From positions 310,001-374,000 of the forward strand of contig OZ237750.1 in assembly GCA_965178125.1 (NCBI GenBank): a stretch of DNA of 64,000 nucleotides, read 5' to 3'. A program made the position numbers and the translations under genes. This stretch comes from Bilabrum cf. latius. Its lineage: Eukaryota. This document shows positions 35,717 through 49,372 of the stretch, one piece after another. The notes under the pieces are model-generated. The model was not told the origin of the DNA. It searched no databases and saw only the letters and a program-made list of their open reading frames with translations. How positions within the stretch are numbered: position 1 is the stretch's first letter; the number at the start of each line of letters is the position of its first letter.

Positions 35717-37606
35717 ATGGGTCAACGGGCTTCAAAGACTGCGTCAAAATTAGGCAAAGCTGCGGAAAAGTTTAGGGAAGGCGGAAAGCAGCTGAAATCC
35801 AAGAAGCCTGTCGACTTGTAGGAAGCGTAGTTGTCACTGCAAGAAATTAAATATGTTGAGATGATGCGTTCTGCTGATATTGATGATGCGAATCCGCGAC
35901 ATATTCGAAGTAAGTGCCGCTGCAAGTACTTGACGTGGTTGCAGCCACATGTGTTTTAGGTGCCAGACTGCTCACCGCCTCCGTGATTACCTCTCGCAGG
36001 GCAATCTAGTGAAGAGTTCCATGCAAAAGATGATGCATTGGTGCAACGCTTCGAAGAGATCTCGGAGCAAGCCGCAATCCAATCGCAGCGTTTAGCTATC
36101 CACGATTCGTTCTATCGGACGTATGAGTTGCTAAACAACGTGAGCCTTCACCACTCGCCCTGAAACATGCGCGCCTTTAAGCCATCAGCGAAGTTTCACC
36201 CCGGCCACGAGGCTGCCCGCGACCACATTCTCCCGTGCTCGCAGAACCCCGACCTGTTGGACAAGCCAGAGTACCGCAAGTACTCTGCAAAAGCTCAAAT
36301 TGTCGCAGACTATGCCCGAATGCTGCCCCCATCATCGCATGGTTTCGAAGGCTAGCCGGTAGGGATGCTAACTCCCCTGCCAAGGGGAGCGCAGGCGAGA
36401 TACGAGACACCTGGCCTCACCCTGCCTACCCTCGAGCAGGTGATCGAGGAGCAGAAATTCGAGAAGGAACAGGCACTCACTCGGCTCAAGCAGCTCAAGT
36501 ACGAGGAGCGGAAGCGGCTGGCGGCGCCGAGCAGCCCTACTGCCCCTGCCTCCAGTGCTGCAACGGGAGACGGTATCAGCCGTGCTGCTGGTTCAGGTGC
36601 AGGTGCGGACGATGGGCAGTCAGAGCTGAGCAATTCCGAATCGGATGGCCCTGGCACGAGCGATGGAGAAGGTGCGAGTGCCCCGCCTGCCACTCCTGCA
36701 GGCGATTCATCTAGCTCCACACTCGCACAAGACGCCGGTGGTGACCCTCCACGCCTCGATGCCGAAGATGCTGATGCCACAGAGCCCAAAGCGATCACCG
36801 AGTACGAGCGAGCCCTTGCCATCAAGGAGCTAGAGGCTCAGGACGAGAAGGAGATCACAGTCAGCAACAGATATGTCAGCCAGCACCTGCGGCCTGCCAC
36901 CGTCAAAGGCACCCTCAAGATTCCGTTCGGGGAGGCCGACCAGCTGGACATTTACTACGAAGAGAAACTCGGGATTGAGCTGCCCGCGATCCGGTTTGGA
37001 AGGGACGTGGCAGAGCGCGGCGGCGCCCCTCCCCCCGTACCCAAGGAGTACGGCGCTTTGGATCACCTCCCAGAGCCTTTCGGCATCACGGAGAGCCCGA
37101 ACGAGTTCTTTCCCATGAGACCACCGGATGTGGGTCCCGGTGACTAGCTGCTGTACGGAGGCATCAATGAGGAGCTTCTTCTGGAGCAGGGCCAGCTCTT
37201 TGAGGTCTTCAGGAAGCACCGGAGCGATCCAGAGCACTACACTGCGGACAGGCTGGCACTCGAGTATGACGCCCCCAAGGAGTGGATCAGGCTGCTGCTA
37301 GAGTACACCACTGCTCCCGTCTTCGTGAGGCACGAAGACGATCAGACGTACGGAGTGTGGGAGGTGGTGGACGGGGCGATGACTGAGAGGGAGAGGCAAC
37401 AAGTGGTGCTGGAGAGGAGGCAGGTGCGGGCGGCCGCTGATGCCGAGGAAGAGCAGCTCAGGCTCGAAGCAGCCGCGGGTAGGGACACGTTTGCCCTGCT
37501 AGAGGACGCCAGGAGCGGCGCAGCCGGCCAGGCAGGAGGAAGCGGGGACGATTCTGGTGCTGGTGCGAAGGGACCTAGGATTGGCCAGGACCGTCGGGGC
37601 CACTGA
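35717..37606 (+). CDS. NDUFAF4-like (complex I assembly factor) protein with insertions
   Basis: Starts MGQRASK (a myristoylation-like N-terminus) and contains EEFHAKDDALVQRF. C-terminal HRSDPEHYTADRLALEYDAPKEWIRLLLEY resembles NDUFAF4. Introns 35910-35999 and 36140-36244. TAGs at 35819, 35828, 36353 and 37145; ends in TGA. Confidence 0.55.
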
Positions 37607-37705
37607 GGGAGATCTTGAATGCACAGAAGCACGCATGGCATAGCAGTTATGGCTATTATATTGGTTCAAGTCGCGCAAGGGCCTGCCTATCTCATTTGTC
37701 TTGCA

Positions 37706-38183
37706 TCAGCTTCGGCCATTTTCCGGCGGCAGGGGCACCAATAGCTTGTCTTCCATCTTCGAGGCGGGTGTCAGTATTGGTCTATGTCTAGCCGATACAT
37801 CTTCTGCGTATATATACATAAAGAACAATTGGGGGGTCACCTTGCTTCCAGCGCGCGACTCAGCCAACCATCGCCGGAATACTGTCCTCACCGGGATCGC
37901 GTGTGTATGAAATCTTGGTGTAGAACACCCAAAACAAAAAACCGAGACCAAAAACAGTAATAAATGACCCAATATGCTCGCTCATTAGAGCCCAGCGCTC
38001 CATGTCGCTTGCCTTCTCGTGAATCGGGGGCAGGTGAGCACCGGGCACCTTCGGCAACTCTCTCTGGAAGTCGAGCTCCCCAGAAGGCTTCGATGGTACC
38101 ATATCACCCTTGCTTGACAAACGTCTACATAGCTTATTACATTTGCGTGCAAGCCTGGACTAACTTCGTATTCTAGCCAGCAT
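37706..38183 (-). CDS. Small single-TM protein with mitochondrial-type presequence
   Basis: ATG 38183 gives MLARIRS[TAG]SRLARKCNKLCRRLSS. TM: IGSFITVFGLGFLFWVFY. Intron 37804-37891; TGA at 37706-37708. Confidence 0.6.
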
Positions 38184-38295
38184 TTTTTGGCCAAAGTAAC
38201 CACGTCGATGTCTGCACCGCGTTTTCCGGTTTGCTGTCGTGCAGCACTGCAGCCACGTGGAACTCAACACCAAATCACGTGGCTGCTGCACGATA

Positions 38296-39854
38296 ATGGC
38301 GTCCATCGAATCAGATAAAGAATCTAAAGCTCTAAGCCAGGATCGGGCAGGATCGGATGATGATGAAAGCATCAAGGTGATCGGCAAAGACGGCCAGCCG
38401 GACGAAACTCTACACAACGGCATGGTCGTCCTTTTCAGAGACAGGGACAGGGATGAAAGCAGGCCATATCCGAATTCAGGCGATTGGGTTGGTCTGGCTC
38501 TTAAAATTCGCGTCACCAAATCTAAGGTTGGGCTTCGCGCGACCAAGGCAGGCATCGACGACAAAAATGTTATCGCTGCTTCGGCAGCAATCGATGGCGG
38601 ACCTATCCCAAATCTGCACTGGATCAAGACTGGACAAAAAGGTGCGGATCTAGCATCTCTCGCATCGGCTGCGTGCAAGATGAAGCTCGGGGAAGTTGCC
38701 ATCGTTGGATCCCGAGCTCTTTACCTTAGCCCGCTTGTAGATGCTAGTGGCAAGCACAAAGGCAAGTGTAGCATCGACGATGACGTGACGGTTGTTGTTC
38801 GTCTTGTAGCAATTCGTCGCAAGCTACCGCCAACTTCGAACGTGCCTGCAGCTAGACGAGTGAGTACCAGTGGCAGTGGTACAGGTAATACCTCGCGGGA
38901 TGCCGAGATAATTCTGTAGCGATGCTGCGTTCATTTTGCGCCTCCTTTGTTTGCTGCAATGTTACCCTTGCAACGCAGCTTGAGATAGCAAATGATGCTC
39001 GAAAGGATGGAAACGGTTACTTCAAAGCAGGTGACTGGGTGCGGGCGGGGCAGCTGTACCACGAAGCACTTGCTTACGCGGAAAGTGCTCGCCTGCGCGC
39101 CAAGGGATTGACACAGGACGCGCAGAGCGCCAAACAATCAAATGAAGCAAACCCCTCTGGTTCTATTGGAAAGGACAATGAAGCCGAGCACGATTCGGAT
39201 GACAGTGATAGCGATACCGCGCGTGGAGACACCAAGGGGAGCGAGGAAGCCGCCGGTGGTGGTGCCGCCGGTTCGGCTGCAGCAGCTGCAGATACACCCA
39301 CATCAGCTCCACACGCTGATAGTCATAGAATCGACGAGGATTTTCTCAGAAAGTGCACGGAGCAGACGGGTGCGCTGTGGAGCAACCTCAGCCTGGTGTG
39401 CCTGAAGAGGGGCAAGCCCATGCAAGCGGAGTCCAACGCCAGCCGAGCGATCAACTACAGCGGCCCGCATCGTCCCAAGGCGTACTACCGCAGGGCACTC
39501 GCGAGGCGCGAGGTAGGTAAAGAGGAAGCTGCCCTGGATGATGTGAGGGGCGGGCTTGCCATCACCCAGGACCAGGTCCAGAGGGCCGCGCTCCATGCCG
39601 TCATGAAAGACATCCTCGACCGGAGAACCAGCGAGCGAAGAAACAGGAAAAACATGGCAAAGAGAATGTTCGGGCTGGACGAAGAAAGCAAGCAGGCAGC
39701 GAAGGAGGGCAAGCGAAGGAGGGGGCTGTACGAGGACTAGTACGGGCCACCGGCAGCGCCGTGGTCTTTGGACTGGTGCATGGAGAAGCTGGATCAAGCG
39801 GGTGCCAAGTGCTGGAGGTCTATTGAATATGTCTGTTGCTGTCGATGCTTGTAA
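38296..39854 (+). CDS. Degenerate FKBP-like domain plus TPR protein with Cys-rich C-terminus
   Basis: FKBP-like ACKMKLGEVAIV..VTVVVRLVAI; intron 38860-38978. TPRs: RKDGNGYFKAGDW..YHEAL, LWSNLSLVCLK, PKAYYRRALAR. TAG 39738-39740 reads through to ...YVCCCRCL followed by TAA 39852-39854. Confidence 0.8.
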
Positions 39855-39987
39855 TGACGCACAGACCACTGATTTTTGGGCGGGGTTCGGCCCTGAAGGT
39901 CCTTCTGCTGCTCGTGCAGTTCAGTGCTCCGAATCCATCCGTTGGGGCTCACGATAAAACCAAAATACACTCGATCCTCTTTAAACT

Positions 39988-42900
39988 ATGGAGCAACACC
40001 GTAGTGCCAGGGGTCGCTTGGCCCCAAAAGTTCGTCAGTCACAAAAATCGCATGATAAAAATGTCTTTTCCACCGTGCTGCGCGGCGCTGTGGGCACCAC
40101 GGGAATCCTGAGTCCGAAACCTCCAACCGCGACAAGCAGGGTTATTGGGTAGTCGCCAAGGCTGCAAAGTCGCTTAGAATAGCATGTTCGAACGCAGCAC
40201 GCCAGCACGCAAGATTCAAAGAATGATCTGATCGGCCTACGTCAAACGCTTCATAGCGCTGCAACAAGGGCAGGTTCTACTGAATCGGATCGCGGCCTCG
40301 GTTCGAAATCTTGTATGGCACCATCTATTCGACTTTTGGTTCATTCTGCATCAATGCGTGCGGATGCAGACGAAGCAGTGCTGCATCGAGCTGCGGGCGT
40401 GGAGCAAAGGCTCGCAGCCGCGAGGTCGAGCATCCTCGCATCACCAGTGATCGCGACTCAAACAGTGCTTCGAGAGGCAGAACGAATACTTTAGCACGAT
40501 GTCAATCCACCTAGCGCCCCTCGACGATCCACAACGTCGCCAGCTCGCCATCGAACCGAGCTTCCATCGGTCGCAAGGCAAGCAGTTGCAGCGTCGCCCA
40601 CTCCACTGCAGGCGGTCGCAGCCTTGCACATTTTGTACCGGATCGTTACGGGAGAAGGCAGCTCCGAGCTGCTTGGTAGACCTGAAATCGCTCCCCAATC
40701 TGCAAGAAGGTTCCATTCAGGTGCAGCAGGTGAGGAGAAGACATGGCTGCCAGAGAGCCATCGGGGTCCACTGCCTCGCCTGCACCCGAGCAGAAGAGTA
40801 GGCAGAGTGGAAGAGCCTTTCAGCACAGGAGGTGTGTCTCATGGTGTGGGTTCGACCCAAAGCCGCGACAATCTCCCCGGCACTGCCAGTGGTCTGCAAC
40901 GGCAACACCTTGCTCACGAAGGTTCGTCGCTGGGGGGTATCGTTGACGTCCGATCCTCTGCTGGTCTTGATGATGAGCTGCGAAGCGACGACGGCGGTAC
41001 CAGGCTGGGTGACGACTCCATCGACGAAGATCTGACGTCAGTTTCCTTCGGCAGCACAGCGAAGATGTTGAGAGGCCACGGGGCTGGGGCCGGCGCCCAC
41101 CAGCAGCAAGGCGTGGAGACAGCTGGCAGAGCCTCTCAGCGCAGCCGGCCGTTCGGGGCTGCACCATCGCGGGCCGCGGCAGTGCGATGCCTACGCGTGC
41201 TAGAGCGGTGCATGTTTATGCCACCGTCCATAGCAAGGCCGAGCGATCCTCTTGGACACATGTTTGGTGCCACCGAAGGGGTTCAAGTTGCAAGCGACAC
41301 AGGGCATAGAGGAGGGCGAGCAGCCGATCATGAGGACCCAACCGAGTGGCAATCGGCGTGCCATGACGCTCTGGAACTGTATCGCAAGCGAAGAACATTC
41401 ATGGAGGGCTGGGCAGGTGCAACCAAGTCGCGCGCCGCCATGCGTGAGAGGGTCGCCCAGCTGGAGCAAGAGCTCGCCAATGTGAAGAAGGAGTACAAGG
41501 TCAAGCTGGGCAGGAGGAGCCGGCAGCTGTTTCGGGTATCTGCGCAGCACGCCCTACTGTAGAAACGCCGCCAGGACACCATGACGAGGGCGATGCTCGC
41601 GCCCAAGTCAAAGCTGCAGAAGCAGTTCGCCGGCATGGGTGTGATGCAGCAGCAGCAGACCCTCGGCGCGCTCATGCGGTCCCTCCGTGGGGGTTGCAGG
41701 GCTGTCCCTATCATGAAGCTCATGCTGGCGCTGCCTCGCTCCTAGAGACTTGTCCTTTTCCATGGGATTGGCTGCTGGCTGCGCGTGGGTGACAAGGCCT
41801 TCAAGGCGGCCCTGCGCGCTGACTTCGACTCGAGCAGGGAGATGAAAGCCAGGAGCAGGCTGCTGACAGAGTCCAAAACCAGGTCCTTGAGCGAAGCCAA
41901 CGATCATTCCAGTGCCGCTGTAGCTCGCATAGCCGGCGACAGCGTTCAGAGCACGGGAGATGCGCACGTCCGTGATGAGAAGCAAGCAGACGATGCTGTG
42001 CCCGTTGACAGCAGTGGGGAGGCAGCACTGCGTGAGAAGGAAGAGATCGCCGTGATGAACATCGAGTACCTGATGCAGCTGGCGCAGGGAACAGGCACCG
42101 GTCGGCTAGATCGGATCAAACAGGAGGCATCGACGGGCGCGTCCGGAATGGAGGACGCGGCCACGGGACTGAGGCAGCTGGTGGCATCTCGGTTCAAGCC
42201 GGCGGCCAGGGAAGTGGAGCCAACGCACGGTGGAAACCTTCGACAGTATACCAAAGGTGCGCGCAACTTTGCGGCTGAAAGTACGCCGGGCTCCACGGAA
42301 GTTGGCGAGATGCAATCAACGAAGCAAACGGCCAGGGCCAATCCCATGTCGGCGCAAGGCGTGCACAACCCCACCCCAGAAGCAGCCAAGGAGGCCTTTG
42401 ACCTCGTGAGTGGATCCCGTAATGCTCATACCCCGAGTGACCGCGGCATGGGCAGCGGGGTCCTCGTCAAGCGCAAGGCAGCAGCAGGGCCGTACGCGAA
42501 GCAGGGCAGGCGGGGAAGCCTTGACGTGCTGGGTATACTGAGAGCGGGTACCTCAGCGGGCGAAAAGATCCGGCAGTCGTCCTCTTCCACCATGCCATTT
42601 GTTCTCCGGGGGCTGATGCTGCTAGATGCAGCCAGCCCGCTGGTAGACGAGGCAAGGGCAGTGTCGGGCGAGATGGCCCTTCGGATCAAGCTGGCGGATG
42701 TGCTCGAGGATGACGACAACAGCCGGTTGGCATGGGCTCACCGGCAACTGTCAGAGCATAGGGACTATCTTAAAGCAATGGAGCTCTCCAGGATGGCAGG
42801 CCAGTACGACCGGTCATAGGCTAGGGGCGCGCTCCGGCTGCGACCACCTGCCAGCACTAAGGAGGAAATCGCGCGGGTGCTGGCGATGGCAGGGGAGGCG

Positions 42901-45900
42901 GACGCGGCTCATGACCTGAGGAGGACCCCACAGCGCGGCAAAGGCAGGACTCGAGAGGCCCGGTCACAGGTAGAGATGGACACGGTGGATGAGAGTCTTT
43001 CCGGGCAGCAGAGTGCAAGGGCAAGGGCGCTCCTCCAGGTGAAGCAAAGGCTACGCGGGCTAGAGAAGCAGCTGCAAGAGTCTGACTAGCGGAAGCAGAA
43101 GCGGCGACTTGGGGCGGCATCGCTGGAAGAGGACGAAATGGCCGTCGTTGAGAGGCGCGAGTATCTCTCCGATGATTCCATCGTCCGCGATGTTTTAAAG
43201 GTTTGCGCAGATGCGGGTGCGCTGCGGAACGATCTGCAGGACGAGAGAGAGAAGCGAAGGGGTCTCGAACGACGCGTGCTGGCGCTGGGGATGCGATTGG
43301 CCGCAGTCCAGTCCACGCTTGAGACGTAGACGAAGGTTGCGCGGGAGCAGGGTCTCATCGACATGTGGAGCCTTCGTCGAGGCAGACAGCTCCTGCTCGG
43401 GCGGCACCCAGGCAGCCCTGGATTCAGGGATGGCCCGGGGACTGTGGGACTCATGCTGGCGCTGCTGCAGCGAGCCGAGAATTGGGGCATGGCCGGGGGT
43501 CGCCTGGGCTACGCGGCTGCTGGGATCCGCACCCCAAGTACTGCCAGACAGCGCGAGCTAGACGACTTGTACAGCTCCCCCGAGCAGATCCAGAGGCGGA
43601 CGCAGGCAGTCTCCAGGGCTTGGCTTCGGTCGTTTCGCCTGGGACTATCTATGGTAGGCGGGGGCAGCGCAGGGGCCAATGGAGGCCGGGCCCTCAGCAG
43701 CTGTATTCGTAGCTTGGTTGGCGCAACAGTCGCTGGCATGCGTGCCGAGTCCTTGCAGCGCCTTCCCATTTTCGGTGCAAGCGGGTTTGCGGCTCGGCTG
43801 CTGTGGCTGAAGGCATGCTCCCTCCCGCTTGCAGACATCGCACGGAACTATCCAATGTCTACCAGAGGCCGCACTCCCTCGAGATCTGCAGCGAGAAACA
43901 GAGGCTTCTCATTTGCTGCAGATGCAGACTCGAGCATTGGAATTAACACGCCGGTTGCATCTGCCCAGGTAGCAGCCGGACAGCAGCCCAGCGGCAATGC
44001 GCTCGAAATCATCACGATGGGCGGCACGGCAGCCGGGTCCATTGCATGGTCCAATCACTTCGAGGGCGAGCGCGTGCAGAGACACGAGAGTGTCCGAGGG
44101 GCACACGCCGCTATGCTGCAGCTCGTGGCACCCACGCAGCAGCTGGTGCAGAGAGCAGCGCTCGAGGAGGCGGGTCTGGTGCAACCCAGTGTGTTGGTAA
44201 ACAATGGCACTGCAACACCCTCCAGCGCTCGATTCAATTCCAGCAAGGTGGTTTGGAAAGATCAGGGCGGTGGAAACTAGGATTCCGAAGCTGCAACCGG
44301 CATTGAGCGAAGGCGTGCGCGACCAGACCAGGCAAGTCCACTGCTGCAGCGGCTGCGGGCAAAGAGGCAGCACTTGACCGGACAGCGGATGCTTGCCGAT
44401 GCTTAGGAGCAGTAGGAGCAAAATTCAGCAGCGAGGGGTTCCTTGTCTGCCCGATCCTCCAGTCGGGGCAGGAAGGGTGGCCTTGCTCGTCTTGCCATCA
44501 AGCACGGTGCCTCGGAGGAACCGACTGGGGCCAAGAAGCTCTCTGGCCTAAAGATTGCGGCTGCCAACGATCAGGAAGCTTACGCCGCGGAGACTATGCC
44601 CTCTCTGCTTCAATGGGCATCGCGGGCACAGGGATAGGCCGGCTGGTACCAGGCGGGCTTGCCGCCCGCTCTGGGACTCTCAGGTGAAATGCCCTCCAAT
44701 GCAAGCGGGTCGAGCGCAGCTCAGTCAAGTGCAGCACTTGCAGGTGCGTCAGCTGCTGACAATCCTATTGTGGATCCGTTCAGGGGAGCCTTAGTCCGAG
44801 CCATGAGCAACCCCGGATCGTACGCTCCACCTCATGACGCGTTCGAGAGTATCTAGCCCGGATGGCTGTCTCTCTCCACCGTCACCGTGTTGCTGAACCC
44901 TTCCATGCTGCTAGACAGCGTGAGGAAAGGGGCTGTCTAGCGCGCTGTGGACAAGGGTCGTCTAGACAAGGCCCACGCACGCAGCATGCACTAGCCCGGG
45001 AGCGTGACGGAGCGAATCTCTGGCGTTCGAGACCATAGCGGTGGGAGGGATGCAGATGGAATTGACGTGACTGCTAGACCAAGCAGAGAAAGAGGGCAAG
45101 TACCAGCACCGTCGACAGCCAACCGGCGTGGCAGTATCGTGCGCAGCATCCTCAAGCACCACGAGGCCCAGGCCCAAAGAAACGCGCAGAAGAAAGGCAG
45201 AAGGGGCAGCGTCGCAGAGGGCGGTCAGGCCGCGGTTGCGGCACAGATTGGGCGCCGCGGCTCGCTGTCGCTGCTTCCTGAGATCGATCGCGTTGCAGGG
45301 ACCGCGCTGGAGGAGCTCCTGGCTGTGGTTCCCAAGCTGACTTCAGATGAGGCAGCCGTGTATCGGAGGAGCGCGACGGCTGCCGCATTGCGTCGGATGG
45401 ACAGGACGATCGCGTGGCAGGCCGCAAGGCGCAAGCTCGCAAGGACAAGACTGGACGCGCTGGGCGGGGAGGGCCTAGTGCCCGCACAAGTGGCGGAGTG
45501 TATCGGCGATATCCTGAGGCGGGGTGCCTTCCAGGGGTATCAAGACGGAACAGACGCGCTCACTGCACTTGATGCTTTCAAACAGGCTCAGGGGCGCGAG
45601 ACTGCAGAGCAAGAAGCAGCAGCGCTTCTGAAGCAGCAGGCAGGATAGAAGGGCGCCAGCCGCACTGCTGAGGCCTTGGGAGCTAGGCCAGCCGCACACA
45701 GGACAGCCGGCGATGACCTGGCCGAGCGCGCAAGGGCGCGATCTCTCAAGCTTCTGAGCAAGGTGGAAGAGGCAAGGGCAAGGATACACCCCTTGTCCAT
45801 TGCCATGGGCATGGCCAGAGTCGTCCTGCAGGCATATCTAGAAATGCCGCACGATGCAGTCTTCGCGAAGCAGCTTCACCAGGCTACCGTACCAACATCC

Positions 45901-48900
45901 GAGTCCGATCAGTTCAGGGGCGTTGTCAATGCAATTCAGGCCGTTGATGACGGGAGCACCAGTCCTGCTGCTGCTGGTGCTGGTGCTACTCTTGCAGGCG
46001 TCTGGCGAGCAGATGCTATCCCTAGTGAGCTGGCTGATGCGTCGCCTGATGCTCCCCAGCCCAAGTCGCCGCCTAGGAGGGGCCGTAGCCCCAAGCGAGC
46101 AAGCAGTGCAGCTGATGCACACGAGCACGACTCGCACGATCGCCTCCAAGACATCGAAACGGAAGTGCTGCAGCACTGTCTCCCAGACATGCAGATAGGA
46201 GAAGGGAAGGGAGGTGCAGCACAGCCGGCCTCATCCAAGAAGAAGCGCAAGAGATCTGGCGCCAAAACAGGGTTAGTTCAAGCAGCGTTTGCATCTTTCT
46301 TTGGTATTCGATCGCTGCAGCTGCACCAAGCCCTAGCCATTGCGAGCTGCTTTCAGATCGGCTCGCCTGCTGAGACGATGCGAGCTTTGCGGTGGTGTGG
46401 TCTGGCGCCAAGCATCCGAAAGGCAGACAGATACGTGTTGGCACCTATGCTTCCGCAGCCGAATGCGTTGGCCTGGGGTATTCGGGCGCACAGTGTGCCG
46501 CTGAAGACTATCGAATCGGCCTCACTGTTGCCGTCTGATGCCTCGGCACGTGGCAGTGGCTCGTCGCTCTCATACTATGGCTCGCATGCTGGCACCCGCA
46601 GCGTAGCGCCGATCGATCCGGTTGAGTACACAACAGCGACAGACGTAGGGCTGCCCAGCGGTGCAATTGGGCCCACATATGGGAGTTCAGGTAGCTCACC
46701 TTCGCGATCGACAGCCGGTGCTTTGAACCAGCGAGGCGTCTATTAGCTAGCCGCAGGCCGCACTTCTACTTGTAGCCCCGACACAGCTACGCCCGCCGAT
46801 TAGCCGCGCACGACGGGACCCAGCGCCCATGGTGCGAGCCACTGCTTCACCTTGCTTGAGACGAATCACCTCGCGCTGGAAGTCGTGAACTGGATGCTCG
46901 ACAATGGGGGTGTCGAGCAGGTGGTGCACCGGACCAGCGCGAAGCTCTACGCAGCAGGGTGCCGCAACGAGAAGGTCGCGCACGTCGGGCTCAGCCGCCC
47001 CGGAACTATGGGTGCGGCCCATGGCCAGGAGGACTGGATTCCGACTTATCACGCCTCGGTCGGTCGGTTTCTCTTGCGCGTGTTTCTTGCGGAGCAGCTT
47101 GCTCACAGGCAAGAGGCTGAGGCATTGGCTCGATCCAGGGAAGGTGGGCGTGCAGGGGTTCGGAAAGGTGGTAGCAAGAGCAAGAAGGCGGGGAACAGTG
47201 GTGCAGAAGGATCTACGGTCCAGTCCAACGAAAGTCAAGACAAGGCAGACGCAAAGAAGAAGCTCAAGGCAGTCACATCGGCGGCTCGTCGGTCTTCGGC
47301 GGGAGCCGTAAGCCAAGCCCACGGAGGTTCATCAGCTGCTTCAGTCTCTGATGAGCCTGCTGTGCCTGATGCGCGGAGCCCGGCCGGGCGAGCTTACATG
47401 GTACGCATGACGATGGGAATTGACGACTCCGTGGAGCGCCAGGCAGCTGCATTCGAGACAGCGGTTACGATTCACTCGTCCTTGTCCAGCCGGTGCCGAT
47501 GCTTTGGTGTTCTCCTCGGCCTTACCGACACGCCTTCAATTGGGGTGGACCCGGCTTCTAGGGCCTACTGTAGGCTAAGGCGGCTCGAAGTGGCCCACGA
47601 GTCTGCAAAGCGCGGCCTCCTCATTGCCTCCCAGTCGCTCGCGTGGCCCTGCCCACTAGACCACAGCCCTGCAGCCTTTGCTCAACCAGGTAGTGCTGGA
47701 GACGGGCACGAGGACCGCACCATCGACGAAGAGGTTCAGCAGGAGGCCAGTATCATGTCCATGGATGTGCTGCGGGCCACATCTGATTGGCGGCAGATGT
47801 TTTTGGAAGAAGGAGGGGAGGAAACGGAGCAAGACTCTCCACCGTCAGGTAGAGCCAGCAGCCAATCGCCCACACGCGGTGGGGCAGGGCGTTCCAAGTA
47901 GCAGGTAGACACTGCTCGTTTCCATGCTTGTGATTGCGCGTAGCAGCTAGCTTTGTGGGAGCGGTACTGCTGCCTGCTGGCCCTGGCTGTCGATACGGCG
48001 CTAGACGGCGAGAAGGGTGCGATTTCGAGCGAGGTTATCGCCTCGTCTGCAGCTCGATTCTACCTCTTGAGGCGGGTGGGTCTCGAGTGCAAGGACCAGT
48101 TCGAGATGGGAAGCGGGGACATCAAGCTACTCGGGGCAGGGAGGCGATCTGGAAGCCGCAAGACAGACGGCCAAATGCAACCACCAAGCAACTGCGAGCA
48201 CGAGTTGGTGACCTGCGTCGGGGCTCCGGCCGGGGAGCTCGTGCCGCTTCCAGAGAGCGTGAATGCTCGAGGCGCTGCAATTCTTCGGCCCGGGGTCAAG
48301 ACGCTGTGGGCGCAGGAGCAGCAGGGGAACTCGTCCACCGTGAGGTTGGGGAACAGCCAGGCGGTGGCCTGTCATGACTTGCTAGAGGCGCGACTCTTCG
48401 AGGGCCTCGTGCAGCCGAACGGGCCTGTTGGTGGGGCGGGTGCATCGCATGGTGGTGGCACGAGCAGCTCGGAGGGCGGACCACCGCCTGCGGTTGCTCG
48501 GTCTGTCAGCATGACGGAAGCAGCCACGGATACGCTGACGAGTTTCGGGCCAGTCATTGACGGCTTCGTGCGCCTGTACAGGCACTAGGAGTAGGAGGTT
48601 CTTGGACCTGGCCATGGCTTGATTGGCGACCTGCCGATCGACGCCAAGAAATCGATCGCTCCGCTGCTGCCCGGCAGTCCCATCGGGAGCGGGCTGGTGC
48701 AGCTGCAGGGCGGCTGGACGATGCTGACCGTGGATCGAGTGAGGTCAATGTGCTACCGCTGCCTGTCGCAAGGCCTTGATGCCCGTGAATCGGACCGCAT
48801 GCAGGCGCAGCTGCTTTCTTCCGTGCTCGCTGAGACAATGCAGCAGAGGGGCCGGGAGCAGGACCTCCTGAAGCGAGCAGCCGAGCGGAGCACCGACATC

Positions 48901-49179
48901 CGGTCCAAGGATATCAAGGCCGGAGAGGACGACCCGCAGGGCTCCAGCCAGGCTGGCGTCCCTCTGGTCGAGCTAGACCGGGCGATATGCGGCCAGACGG
49001 AGAGGCTCGCGGCGATCGACCATGTTGTGAGCAGGCTCGAGTCGCACCTGCAGGTGGGGCACCCTGGGTTGTTCGCGGTGGATGATGTGGTTGAGCTGGC
49101 GATGGACGTTTCGCTGCTCTACTGGGTGCTCTACCCGGTGGGAAGTGGGGCCGGGCAGGCAATGGAAGACGGAGAATGA
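39988..49179 (+). CDS. Very large hypothetical protein (~3063 aa with TAG=Gln), with coiled-coil and low-complexity segments
   Basis: A 9192-nt single frame runs from ATG 39988 (preceded by an in-frame TAA at 39982) to TGA 49177-49179. It contains 22 TAGs and no TAA or TGA, and unites 12 separate ORF-track fragments. Confidence 0.8.
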
Positions 49180-49372
49180 TTCATTTCAGCCGTGCATCCG
49201 TAACTCAAAATCGTTTGGCGACACTACAGTGCAAAGTCCTGCCCTGCCATAGACCAAGCCACAGGCTGGCCCATACGACTAGCTTTGTTTGCAAGAGCTT
49301 GAGCCCGCAAAACTATGAACTCTATCTCGAAATGACATATCCTCAAATGGCAGTTTGCATGGATTCAATAGC

